Shown here piece by piece: positions 10,446 through 23,579 of a DNA stretch of 64,000 nt (the stretch's first letter is position 1; every line of letters begins with the position of its first letter). The position numbers and the translations under genes were made by a program. Source of the stretch: Alloascoidea hylecoeti (lineage: Eukaryota); contig BCKZ01000024.1 in NCBI GenBank assembly GCA_001600815.1, positions 62,001 through 126,000 on the forward strand. The letters run 5' to 3'. The notes beneath the pieces are model-generated. The model was not told the origin of the DNA. It worked only from the letters and a program-made list of their open reading frames with translations, and did no database searches.

Positions 10446-12803
10446 CTAGAATATAGACGTCATGGCATTCTTATAAAGATTTTCATAAAATAATTGAAAA
10501 CTTTCCTCTTCTGTGAAAAACATTTGTTCATGATCACGATCATGAATCTTCATTTTTTCATAAATGTATCCTAAAAGTGTTCCTGCTTCCCGTTGGTCGC
10601 TATGGTAGTGAGAGACAGAAGGATTCAGTTTAGCCAATAAAAATCGAGATTGAGAGGTACCTGCCTCCGCAATAATATAACGAGGTAAAGGAAATCGATT
10701 GTTAATCAATTTAACAGCATATTGTTTAGAACCATCAAAAAGACTTTCGTATCTGTTGCGATCTGCTTCATTGTCCATGGCCATTTCTTCCTTGGGTAAC
10801 GCTTTCTTTCTTAATGATATTTCTTCACCATAGTATATTACAATACTGAAGTAAGTATCTAGTAACAGAAGTTTATCTGGCTTCACAGATAATATATCCA
10901 AGGGAACGATCTCTGGATTCTTATCGACTTCAAATGAAGTAAGTCTGGGGTGAATCATAATGACAGAATTCTCCGTATTTTCTTTTATCAAATAATGTCT
11001 ATAGTAAGTCATCTCATCAAGAGAATTGTTAAACGTATTGATGAATTGGCTTCTTCTTAAATGATAAATATATTTGAGAAACGGTAGAAACTTATCTATT
11101 AAGTCACTTAGTGAATAGTTGCAATCATTGGTATATTTCACTATTCGCCTGAAAAATCTCAGTAAAATATCATCAAGGTATTTTACAGCATCTTTTGTAC
11201 TTCCTATATCATTAATTTCCATTTCATAAGATATAAATTTAGCAATGATAATAGCTGAAGTTTCATTATCAAAAGATGTTAATAAGGGCGCAATAGCATT
11301 ACTACTATAAATTATGATTGGTGATACTGTTGTAACTCGAAGTTTGTATTCATTATTTGAATCTAAATATTTAGTGGTATATTGTATATGAGCTCTTTTT
11401 TGGAGCTCGGAATTATCAATACCACCAGCAACGGGTGCGATATCGAAAAAGATAGAAAAGCTACTTTCATCAGTTATCGATGAAACACTCCAAATGTTAG
11501 TTGAGCCTTTACCAATAACTGTGTCAGAAATTCTGCTTTTCGCTACAGGACCAGGCTTTTTTGATGAAACATTTGCATGCCCAATAAGTCCTGAAATTTT
11601 CAATTCTTGCGATGTCATGATTCCAATCTCGGCTTTAAACACATATTGACCTAGATTTTTAAATAACTTCACCAAAGAACATTGAAATAATACAGATTCA
11701 AAAGAATCATTCATCATCATAACACCACCTGTTAAATTAACCAGAGATTTCATTTCATATAGACCAACCTGATCAAGGCAACCTGCGAAAATATCCACGA
11801 TATAATTCTTTTCTATCAATCGCTTAGATATATTTTTGTAAAACTTAGAAGCTAATTCGTCTCTAGTATCACCATTCTTATCTTTTGGTCCCCCATGCAT
11901 TCTCATTGTTTCTTTCTTCTCCAAGCCAACCACTGCACCTGGTCCGATAGTCGCGGGACCGGCTAAGAAAAGCATTATTCGAGCAATGTTATTTGGATAC
12001 AAATTATCTAACATCGATAGCGCAACATTCAAAGCAGCACCTGTTCCTCTCAAAGGCCTTCGTCCCTCTATTATTGGCGGTTGATCTGGTTTCAAGTCTT
12101 CTATTATTCTTGTTAACATTAAATCAGCATCCTTTATAGGACATAAGAATTTGCACCCAGTCCTTGGATTGATAAAAGAATCATAAGCTGAAATGTGGTC
12201 GATAATCTCTTTTGATTCATAATGGCTACCGCCATCAATGACACAAATTTGTCTGCATGGTTCGTAATCTAAATCATAAATACTGACTAATTTGCCAAAA
12301 GTGATGAGTGCTACTATCGAATTTTCTGGTACAAGACTTAAAGCAACAAGTAAAGATCGCTTTAAACATTTGAAACTATTGGTATCTTGACATGTATCAA
12401 CAACAAAGAGGAAAACTAGAGGCTCAGGATCTTTCTTTTGAAGTAAATATTCCACAGTCGTCTGATCAGATTGTAGTTCTTTAACTTTGGTAGATTTCAG
12501 CTTATTCAAATTTAAACAAAAAGCACAAATCCAGACCCTTTGTGTTAAGTCAACTTTGCAATAAGGATTTAAAATGGCTTTACAAGCAGAACATATATGC
12601 GGGCTATGTTTAATATATTGTGAGGATTTAATATTAGGTCGTAAAGGTGAATATATAGAAGCAACAGGAATAATAAGGTTCTCTGCTTTTGACCTTGATG
12701 CTGGGAAAATATTCCAGGTGAATTTCACAGATTCGTCATTATAATTGCTTGTTTTAAATATTGGAGTTTTGTTTGTGTTTGTGTTTGTGTTAGGGATCTT
12801 CAT
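10446..12803 (-). CDS. SEC23: Divergent Sec23-family protein (COPII / Nel1-like paralog); 5' end uncertain, with possible upstream small exon(s) near 12862-12880
   Basis: VKFTWNIFP; CSAC..LNPYC..WICAFC zinc finger; FLFVVDTC trunk; AGCLDQVGLYEMKSL; YHLRRSQF; NRFPLPRYI..EAGTSQSRFLLAKLNPS. Confidence 0.85.
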   Translation of the reverse strand: MKIPNTNTNTNKTPIFKTSNYNDESVKFTWNIFPASRSKAENLIIPVASIYSPLRPNIKSSQYIKHSPHICSACKAILNPYCKVDLTQRVWICAFCLNLNKLKSTKVKELQSDQTTVEYLLQKKDPEPLVFLFVVDTCQDTNSFKCLKRSLLVALSLVPENSIVALITFGKLVSIYDLDYEPCRQICVIDGGSHYESKEIIDHISAYDSFINPRTGCKFLCPIKDADLMLTRIIEDLKPDQPPIIEGRRPLRGTGAALNVALSMLDNLYPNNIARIMLFLAGPATIGPGAVVGLEKKETMRMHGGPKDKNGDTRDELASKFYKNISKRLIEKNYIVDIFAGCLDQVGLYEMKSLVNLTGGVMMMNDSFESVLFQCSLVKLFKNLGQYVFKAEIGIMTSQELKISGLIGHANVSSKKPGPVAKSRISDTVIGKGSTNIWSVSSITDESSFSIFFDIAPVAGGIDNSELQKRAHIQYTTKYLDSNNEYKLRVTTVSPIIIYSSNAIAPLLTSFDNETSAIIIAKFISYEMEINDIGSTKDAVKYLDDILLRFFRRIVKYTNDCNYSLSDLIDKFLPFLKYIYHLRRSQFINTFNNSLDEMTYYRHYLIKENTENSVIMIHPRLTSFEVDKNPEIVPLDILSVKPDKLLLLDTYFSIVIYYGEEISLRKKALPKEEMAMDNEADRNRYESLFDGSKQYAVKLINNRFPLPRYIIAEAGTSQSRFLLAKLNPSVSHYHSDQREAGTLLGYIYEKMKIHDRDHEQMFFTEEESFQLFYENLYKNAMTSIF

Positions 12804-13261
12804 AAAAAATATCAATTAATACTTGTGAATCGCAAAAGAAACCAGACAAACAGAGCACTTACCATATGTTCTTTGAATCTTCTTGTCAAAGTTAAAGATT
12901 AGTCAATTGTGAAATCGTAAATATTGATACGTATTACTATAAATAACAATTTATGATTACGGATCGGAGTTCTAATTATTAATATTACTCTGGAGATATA
13001 AAAAAAAAATATTCACATGCAGCAAGTTGTTCTTCTCTATAGTGATTCTCGCGATTATAGCTAGCTATAGGATATGGTAGATTTTGTTGTAAAGGATCAT
13101 ATATAGTTTGAGATTTTCATCAACTACCCTTACATACCTATATTTATAGTATTGGTTTCTGCGATGTTTATGGGAAAGTTTTTTAAGTGAGACACCTGAC
13201 TTCAGATGTGCTTATTAGAAATTCTCCGACAACCTCAAACTTCTAATTATATAACCATCAA

Positions 13262-14628
13262 ATGTCTCAGCCCTCTCATTTCCTACAAAAAGGTTCATCT
13301 GATAATCCGGTTCCCAGAATTCTAAATAAGGAAGGATATAATGTGGTGTGTGCACTTTGGCTGAAGTTTTGGCAGCCAAATATAGGGACATTCATTAGTC
13401 CCGTGAAGTGCTCGGGGGTATATGATAACGGGAGGTTTAATCTCTGGTCTATGAGCATCGCTGCACAAGCTATAGTTGATGGAGCCAGAGTTTATCCCAC
13501 TGAATTCAAATATATGATTCCCGGTGTTATGGAAGCTCTTGAACGATATCGATCTCCACAATTCAAGGGTTATTGTGCTGCAGAAAACTTTAATGGGAAC
13601 AAAGATATTTACTATGGTAAGAAGAATTCTCACATGGGATAGATATCCTCGAAACTGACAGTATTTCTGTAGATGATGATGCTCAGGTGGCATCTGCCAT
13701 TATCACGGCGTATGAGGTTTCCGGCTACGACCTATATCTCAAAAGAGCTATAGAACTTGTTGATTTTCTCCTCACAGGATACAATGGTGTCAAAGGTGGG
13801 GTAGGAGGTATGCATTGGCATATCAGTAAAGATTATTGCAATGCGTGCACTTCTGCCGAATCCGCTTTGGCTGCTCTTCGTGTGCTGAAGCATTCACCAG
13901 ATAAGGCCAGAACATATATCCCATACATTGAAAAGTGTCTTGGTTTTAATATTTCTATATTGCTTGATAAAAGTGATTATTTAATCAGAGATGGTACTGG
14001 AGAAAAAGACTTTATATCTATTAATAATATGAAATGGACATACAATCTTGGTACGACACTTAGTGGATTGTCACTCCTATATAAAGTTTCAAATAATCCA
14101 AGACACAGAGAAATTGCGGATAAACTAGCGGATGCTGCTCTCGATCGAAGCAGGGCATTATTTGACCGAGATTATTATGATTATGAAAAAAGATATTACC
14201 ATGACCCATCATATTTTATACAATTACTTTTTGAGGGGTATGCGGATTACTTGGAAACTTTTGGAGATCATGTCCCATCGTATAATAAAAGAAGGATATA
14301 CAATGAAGTTCACAGACATTTGGTTTTGTTTTATGGCTATATGAGGGATGACAATGATGGACTATACTGGGAGTCATTTGAGATTTATCGAATTAATAGG
14401 AAAGTTTATAAAAAATATCAAAAGGAATTTGGAGGACATAAACCATACTCCCCTAACGGTTCGGAGAGGGAAGATAACGGTGATGGAGATATTGACAAAA
14501 GACCAATGGCTAAGAGCTTAATTGCATCGGGTAGTGCGGCACGAATCTGGTTCCAAGCCGCTAGAATAATCCCAGAACTTGGAAAGGAATATTCACAAAC
14601 AGAAGACTTGGATTTTGTATTGATTTGA
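13262..14628 (+). CDS. Glycoside hydrolase family 76 (alpha-1,6-mannanase-like), no signal peptide; exons 13262-13616, 13673-14628
   Basis: Splicing the GTAAGA...CTGAC...TAG intron creates IYYDDDAQ (the catalytic DD). GGMHW, NAC and KWTYNLG motifs are also present. Confidence 0.85.
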
Positions 14629-14947
14629 GATTTATTTATAAATTGTATTTCGTATTTATTGTAGATTATTAATTAAAGTTACCGTTCAGTTTAATAGTAA
14701 ATATTAATGTATGTAATTGTAATCAGCTATATTTGTATGTGGCAGTAGTTCGGTGTTTGATGTTGAATAGGTTTGGATTAAGTATATATATATAGGTTTA
14801 TTAAGATTCAGAACCCCCAGGTATTATAATATAAGCGTATGGGCTTAGAAATCCTAGATAGAAGTTATATATAGAATTGAAATTATCAAATTCCTTTCTT
14901 ATTTATAACACAATTGCAAGGGTTCCAATTATCCAAATTTTCTTATC

Positions 14948-16636
14948 ATGGAGTTCAAGATTATAGAAAAGGATAACTATGGAAGGGTATTGTCGCAATA
15001 TGAATCTACTGAATCTTTAAGCAATTTCGACGGACGGAGAACCCCCTCGAATTCGTCCATTTACAATACTACGCTCTCCTCATCTCCAAAATATTTAAGA
15101 AGATACAGATTCAGATTGTTTCAAAATGTCCACATTAACTTTTATTTACCAAATATATTGCCCGGTACAAGTGCCATTCAAGAGGAAAGGAATTTTGTTT
15201 CTGGAGATGTTGAATCTCTTGACAAAAAAGACAATCCACGTGTGGTTCAACAGTTGGTAGCAGCACCATCTATTTCTCAATCACTAATTGCCATCTTTCT
15301 TCCGTCTGGATACCCCAGGACTGTTCGTAATGACTACAAGTATTATCAAATCTATGACACATTGCAAGCATTCTGTAGTTCAATATCCAATTTATTTGCA
15401 AACAGATCTGTTCTTGATATTGTTGGAGTTGGCGATGAAGATGCGAATTCTACTGTGGCTCTGTATTATACAATCATGCAACAGATATGTGGCCGTTTGA
15501 CAACAATTCTATTTGCATGGGAGTTTGGCGAGTGGATTGAACCGGAATGCAAGAAATGGAGATATATGGGAGATCTTTATAACAATGGTGCCATATTATT
15601 AGATGTTTTTGTCTCTTTGTTTTTAAGAGGTTTGATTGATAAAGGATACTCAACAAATATTAAAATCATCGGACTTCTCTGTAGTGGTATCTTGAGAGCA
15701 TTATGTGGTGTTGTTGCAGCTGGTAGTCGTGCAGCCCTAACTGTTCACTTCACCTTAAATGAAGAAGGGGGTAGTATCAGTGATGTTAGCGCCAAAGACT
15801 CAAGCCAAGAAACGGTTATTACTCTGTGTGGTATGTTGGTTGGGACTTGGATGGTATCAGTAGTTCCTGCAGATAGTCCAGTTCTATTAATTTCCTCTAT
15901 TATGATAGCTCTTGCAGCTATACATTTATATACCAATTTTCAAGCCGTATCAAGTGTTGTGATGACAGGTTTGAATAGACAGCGGGCATCGATTGTGTTT
16001 GGTCGGTTTATTATAACTCGCCAAATATTATCTCCATCACAAGTCGCAGAATTAGAGACAATAATCCCAGATAGAGATGATGAATTATTTCTAGATGTAA
16101 AGGGCTCGATTCTTGGGTATGCCAAATTCGTCACGTTTTCCGATTTTTTAAATTTCATTTCAAAAGAAAATAACCAAGTTGCAATTGCTGATTTTGATAT
16201 CAAAGATATTTTAATTGAGTGCCCTTTTGGATATTATGCTCTTTGGCCATACGACATCGATACAAATGAACGAACATCTTTTTATACTTCGATCCTCACA
16301 AAATCTGGTGCAGAGAATTCGCATACAAAATGGCTGGAATTAACAGCTTGGTTGCATTGCCTATTGCTTAGCAAATATATTAAAGAACAATCTAATGAAG
16401 GAGGTTTATACAACGAGAAGAGGTCTGGGGTCATTAAATCCAGTGTGGTCGATTTCAAATCAATGAGCTTCGATAGAATAAAAAATCTGATTAATTCAAC
16501 AAATGACGATATGAAAGAATTAACGGAATTGCTTTATGATCCTGAAAAATCGCGTTTCTCTAATTTATGGAATATTTCAGCAACAATGGTAAATCCAAAA
16601 AACCTGGTCGGTGAAACTCAAATGGGTAATAAATAG
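14948..16636 (+). CDS. RUS1 / DUF647 family membrane protein
   Basis: FLPSGYPRTV..DY..YQIYDTLQAFCSSI, IEPECKKWR, ALCGVVAAGSRAALTVHF, AKDSSQETV and LNRQRA motifs. Confidence 0.9.
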   Translation: MEFKIIEKDNYGRVLSQYESTESLSNFDGRRTPSNSSIYNTTLSSSPKYLRRYRFRLFQNVHINFYLPNILPGTSAIQEERNFVSGDVESLDKKDNPRVVQQLVAAPSISQSLIAIFLPSGYPRTVRNDYKYYQIYDTLQAFCSSISNLFANRSVLDIVGVGDEDANSTVALYYTIMQQICGRLTTILFAWEFGEWIEPECKKWRYMGDLYNNGAILLDVFVSLFLRGLIDKGYSTNIKIIGLLCSGILRALCGVVAAGSRAALTVHFTLNEEGGSISDVSAKDSSQETVITLCGMLVGTWMVSVVPADSPVLLISSIMIALAAIHLYTNFQAVSSVVMTGLNRQRASIVFGRFIITRQILSPSQVAELETIIPDRDDELFLDVKGSILGYAKFVTFSDFLNFISKENNQVAIADFDIKDILIECPFGYYALWPYDIDTNERTSFYTSILTKSGAENSHTKWLELTAWLHCLLLSKYIKEQSNEGGLYNEKRSGVIKSSVVDFKSMSFDRIKNLINSTNDDMKELTELLYDPEKSRFSNLWNISATMVNPKNLVGETQMGNK

Positions 16637-19600
16637 ATTTATAGTATGTCTATATTCTTAAATGTCAATTGCAGGGAATTTCTGAGAAACCCACGTTTTA
16701 ACATAACTTTTTTTTATGTGTTTAAGCCCGTAATTATATAAGGCTTATGAGTACCCTGTGACAGCTTTCAAAACTTCTGGATGTATTTTTAATTGATCGA
16801 GTGGTCTAGGGTATAATTGTGGGAATCTTTGATCCTCGTATGCCTAAGCTTATTCAACAGAATTCGCCTAAAACTCACATTTAATCAAATTGGGCGTTCA
16901 ATCTAACTCCCAATTAATCTGCTCCCTCTATCTTTACTGTCATCGTTAGCGCAGGTATGCGTATACGAAAGTATTAAAAGAGGCAAAAAAAACCATATTA
17001 TTTTGCAGAGGTTAAATCAAACCACCATATTGAGATATATAATTAGTTATTATAATGGCTCATAACTCATCTCCTTTTCTCCATGCCATCAAATTATAAA
17101 TTTAATTATGGATATATGCACATGATAGATAATAACGAAGAACAAATCTAAATATTCCAATTGATTATTTATGATTCTATTAGAAGAAGAAATCTCGGCT
17201 CGATCTGTGACCCCAAAATTCGCTCAAAACATTAATCGAGTTTATAATTGTAAACATTGGTTACTTTACAAGATAATGGAAACAAAAATATTGATTATGT
17301 TGAGTTATTCCAGATAGCCTTATATTAGCCCGGTAAAAGGTTAAGATTCACAAATTACAAACACAAACACAAAATAATAATGACTTTGTAAAAAACAATA
17401 TATCTAAAATATAAAAGAAGATTTTTAGAAACCGACCTTGTTCTTAATATTTTTTTTTCATTGTATATTATTACAGTTGATTGACCTTGTTTATAATATG
17501 TATCTAAATATTAATATAAACTTCATAAGCTCCGTTAAAATTGCTTATATATATATAGTATATTATTACATTCCTTTACCATTGTGCAATGTATTCCTTC
17601 AGCAATAGCCGATTTGAAGAATCTCTGCTTCTATATAGTTGGATAGTTAACTGACAGAGTTCAGCTTCTAAAAATAGGCATAATCGATTGCAAATTACAA
17701 CTGTAGTTATAACTAAATGTCGCTACGTTTTGAAATGATTTAGTTTTAATTGCGAAAAAATGAACAGATACTATGGTTTGAGATAGATCATCGGGGAAGA
17801 TTCCTCACTCACACTGAAGATAACATTTGGCGGATACAGCCTGGTGGAGATTAAGCTTACGTTGGTGAACAACACATATTACGCATATTTTTCTGATATC
17901 CCCCCATAATAAGAATGGTTATGACCAGCCATTAAATACTCTACAAAAAAAAAGACTTTCAACCGTTCTTAATAGACACTAGAGATTATTGTAAGAATTA
18001 TAATGATCTCTTTATCGCGTGCGGTATGGTATTACAATCGTGTTGTCTTATACTTAGAAACAATTAGTCATCAGTACATAAACACACCTGAACTACCATA
18101 TAGATAATTCATTAATTGAATCGGTTTTCAACATTAGTATTGCAATTTGTATATAGGCCTATGAATATAGGCTTTTAACTAGTATTAATTAATTAATAAT
18201 TAGCTCTATATAAAAATAACCAGCTGCAGATATAGATCTATATGGGCCGCAGCACGACAAAATTTCTTGAAAGGAGGAAAAATAAACAATCACATCCATC
18301 GGATACATGGTTTACAGATTATTGCGTAATTGACAAGTTAGCTATGGTATAGCATGATAATATTAATGAATGGATTCTTGTTCAAATCAGAACAATTTGG
18401 TAGATGATTTGCAAGTTTTAATTATTTTCGTGATTTGTTGTAAGTAATAGGTCTAGAAAATCTTGAATAGAAAATTTAAAGAAAAGCCGAAAAGATTCCT
18501 GATTGTAGATATACAACTTTAATTGCGAAGATTACAATTGATTTAATCACTTATTAACTTTACCAAGTTTATAAAGGCCTATATAATTGCCGTGCACTGA
18601 TGGTATCAATATCCCGTATTTAAAATAAGGATTAATATATTGTACAGTTGATAACAAAAAAATATTAGTATCGTTATAATTGATCGATATTTCCCCGTCT
18701 CTCTCAATTTAATCATCAATTATTAGGCATAGGTGTTTAATTATGAGTATAAAATATTAGCGCTAGCTTGGTATTAGCATTGCAACTGGAAGAAGATTTT
18801 TACCTATATATAAATGTAACTATTCCCTTCAAATCACTTGACACATTTTAATTTCTAGTTAACGTTATCAAGAAATATTATAATCACGAATTACAGGGAA
18901 GATATCTAAAGCTCAAAGTCTTATATATAAGATACAATGCTACATCCATTGGAAGAACGGTATTATTAATAGAAATGTTAGTGCATTGTATACAAAGAAT
19001 AAATCGCCAGATATAAGCTCAAGCTTATATAATTAAACTAATTAGACAATTATAATAAGCTCTATTATACCATATAAATACATTTGGAAACAGTCGTAAT
19101 ATTGACTAACATAAGCTAATTAAGTCTTATATATACCGGTATATGAATGTATAAGTATACGTAAATATGTGGGTATCTTATATAATTAAAAAGAGAGAGG
19201 AGTTTTATAAATAAAATATATATTTCATCATCCTCGGTGTTTCTGGTTATTCACGACATCTGACCCAAAGTCTTTAATTAGTTAGTGGATAAATACCGTT
19301 AAAATAATTTAAACTAATCTGTCCGATTCTCTCGCATGCTACACAATTTTATAGAATGTCTGTTGATTATTCTTTAATATTCTATCGAAAATATGCGTGA
19401 CTTATGATCAATAAAAATTTAATTATTTTACCTAAATATTTCTCATAACTTGACGAAAGATTTTAATCTAGATGCCGAAAAGTATTTTTTAACAGAAATA
19501 TGCTACATACAAATTACATGCATTGACTTTAATACCAACGTCAACCGCTAGCTATTTTATATATACTCATGAATCATGATATCGATCAATTATACTGAAA

Positions 19601-22600
19601 TGTGATATTTCGAGCTAAATACCGGTACCGATCACTCTATTTAGCTACATGTTGAATCCTAGTTCTATATATTATACCTATTGTGGCTTATGACATAGAA
19701 TACTACAATCCCGATGTTTCAGTGAGACTTATATGATATCATGAAATAACGAGATTTATTAATATATTTAGTTCTAGTTAAAATTATAATAATTATTATG
19801 TATGCTAAGATTGAGGTAATAACCATCACATAGATTTCTAAGCGGTAAAAAAAAAGACATAAGCTTGAGTGCATATGAAAAGTCTTTTCATCACACGCCA
19901 TGATCAAACTCATTTTTATGAAATTTTAAACGTTCAGATCTCTCATTAAATAGATTAAGTACATGATTCAGTATAATTTGATTGTAAAAAATAGCTATTG
20001 GGTAATATTTTATATTGCAGAATCAAATTTAATAGGAAGGTTAGCTTATATATATGATATATTATATAATAAACCTATAGCGATACATTTATAATTATAG
20101 AACATTTAATTAAATATAATTATGACTTATTAAAAAAACTTTAAATTCAAACCAAAATTATATTGATAAGTTAAATTAATTAATTTTAATATTAATAGTA
20201 GATTGGTTGATGATATTATAAGTTGGAAATCGTAGAAAGTAGATTTTAACGTTAACGTTTATATATTAATAGATAAATTCAATTTTACAATGATTGTTAG
20301 TCAATCAGAAGATGAAATCAGAATCCTCTTATAGGTTCCTATATTTATTTGGGACATTTAATGGTCCGTATCTTTTAATTACCGTTCAGCTATAGTTTAG
20401 AGTTGTAAGTTATATCTTCATCTTATGCGTGGTGGTATTTTCACCAAGATCTACAGCTTTAAAGCATAAATATATTTTGATGTTTTTCAAAAAAAGAATT
20501 AAAATGAGATTGAAATATAATGATAATACATTCAGCTAATGTTTTTTCCAGAATACCGACCAAAAAAAGGAGAGAAGATCATCGAAATCATGATCATAAG
20601 AATCAGTTGACCTCCTTTTTTCTTTTTTTCTTGTGAAGATAATTTTCAAGAATTGAGAGATAGAGTTAATTAAAAGTTCCAATCGTATACGTAATTAAAA
20701 TTAACTATATAGGTGTAATTTGTTTTTTTGCTGTTGCCTGCAACTGCACCGCTACTCAGTCAACTGTCAAAGTAGATCGCATTTAATTATAATTACAATT
20801 TGTTATGATATCGATAAATTAGACACCTTGAAATACCTGAAAAAATATTTTGATTTCATGGCGATGTGTTTCCAACTACGATATATACCGGTATAGACCT
20901 AAAGTCTCCAACGGTCCCCTTTGCAACCATTTTTCAAATTATTTAGAAACAATTTTCAATCTTCTTTTTCAGGGACCGTGAATGAGGCTTCGTGATCAAT
21001 TTGCAAGCTGAAATCAATTTATAATTAGAAATTAGAATTGATATCAACTGCAGATTCATATTAAACTTTTATAACAAGCTAGGCTTGGGGCATATCTGAT
21101 ATTAATTATAATATGATTTGGGACTTTCATTATTATATCCTAGCGGCGCTATATATTAAATAACGTTAACGTTGAATAAGACTATCATGATCATGATCAA
21201 GTTGGTAATTTCTAGAAATCAACTTTGAAGTGCTTCATTATTGCTTAAAGCATCGTGATTCATCTACCCTAAAATCACGTACGACATATCTTACAAGACA
21301 GATATCGATACATATAAATTTAAGCTACAGTCATCAACGTGTATTAAGCTGGTTTGAATTATATCAATTTATATGTGAGTAATTTAAATCGATTGACATT
21401 GACCAATAATCATAGAAATATGCACGATAGAACTATTGAAATATGCACTGCACCGAAAAAAAATTGGCTACACTTCATATAATTTTGGTGAGTACTGCCA
21501 CCAATATTATCTAAAACTTGGCTATAAAAAGAATCATTTTATTAAATATCTGATAAATGTGTTAAAAAGAGGAGATATAGCGGAGTAGCTATCTCCATAT
21601 ATGTACTAACCTTCTTACTCGGGAAAACAGTAAAGAAAGCGCTAGCTTGTGGAAACTGACAACTCAACCAGTACGCTTTAACTAGAAAATTAAGGGGGTT
21701 TTGATGTTAAATTTCATAACAAAGTAGTAGAGATCGATCCCGATCTATATCTTTTCGTAAAGTTGAAAAAGTTCACAAATCAAAAAATTTGCGAAATCTC
21801 AAGCCCCTCCTATAGCTAATTATAAATTTAGTTTAGATGAATCGGAGGGGTACATGGAAATAGGAAGTGCCCGGAACTACCGATCATATTAAACAAAGAC
21901 CGCAGAACAGCTGTAGGAACTGAATTAATAAATAACACCACTAACGTCTTCTAGCTATAGTTCATAGCTAGTACTGGCTTTAAAATTATGTTTAATCAGC
22001 AAAGATAAAAATAAAAAAAAAAGTAAAAAGGAAGGAAATTAAAGCTTAAGCTTAACTGAGATTAGTGACTTTGTATTCTTGGATACTGGTTAAAAAAGCA
22101 CCTTACTTACGGACTTCCACTTGGTTTATATCAAAACATGGTTATTATTTGTGCCAATTATAATCTATTGATGATAATATAATTAAGTAGTCGGATATAT
22201 GATTTCACAACCTAACATTTCCTTATAAAACCGCTTAAAAATATCATAAATCTGGTTCAAACCCCCACATATAGTTTTGGAGATGTATGATGCTATGAGG
22301 ATTCATGTCAACTTTACGTAGGTTTCCCATTGTCATGCGAAAATTTTTTTATAATCATGTTATAATAGTGACGATAAATTTTTAGTGACAACAATACTGT
22401 GTAAGACAATAAATTAATAAATTTGACACCTCAATTAAACACAAAACAAAGAGGGTGAAAAAAAGTAAAAAGGGGAAGATGTATTCATATACAACACTTG
22501 AGCACTATAGCTAAATATGAATATGATAAAACCTTATTAAAAAGAGTATGCTTTTGGCTTACAAGGGAATAATTCAAGTTAATTAAGTAATCAAGATACC

Positions 22601-23579
22601 CTATTGGAATAGACGAATCCTTACAGATATGGAAGCTGAAACATGAAACTTAAGCAACCAACCTGTGTTAAATATTGCAATTGTACAAAACAAATTAACA
22701 TGAATATTTTCGAAAATAGCGCTAGCTATGAATAGATCTAGATGGAAAGATGACTGTACAGTGATAATAATAAAAGAAGTAGGAAATCTGTTAAGAGAAA
22801 AAGGAAAAAGTTCTCATCCCCCACACCACACTAGGGGTGGAATTCGAAGCAAGGTTCAGTCAGCAAATAGAGTGAAAAGAAATGACATGAAGCATCACAA
22901 CATCGATTAATAGAGAAACGTGATACATGAGGTGTGACACCTTAACGTCTTCGATAAGAAAATTTTCCAAAGATGACGACTCAAGGCGGATTTTGACCGA
23001 CCATTAGCAAGTGCCCAAACTCAATTACAATTTCTCTTCAGATGGGATAATGAGAATAGAAAAATAGGGAGGATGAAATAATATGTAGCCAGAGGGTTTG
23101 TGACACTTTTTAACTTCAATTATACGTCGAGAGGACTCAGTACAAATAAAGTTCGTACTTGTACTTTCGTCTCCTGACTTTTGGGCACAAAGTTTGGCTG
23201 CTATAATATATTTAGGTCAGGCTTTGCAGATCTGCGTTGGTTGGTGGCCCAGAAACCAATCACAACCTTTCAAAGGGCTTCTGGAACAGTCGTAACTCCC
23301 ATCACGCTATATGTATGCAGCAATTTTCTGGTCAGAAAACTCAAAAACGTGCACATGCATGACCTCCAAACGTCCAAAAAAACGGCCCTGGTGAGTCCCG
23401 AAGCTTATTCGCGACAAGTATATATGCGCGACATTCTACCTTTTTTTTCCCTCTTATTTAATACACACAACATCCCTTTATGCCTAAACTGAAAATCTTA
23501 TAGCCCTCATAAGCTTATCATTATCAATTAATATCATTATCATTATCAATATCACCATTATTAGTAGATAAAGTTCATT

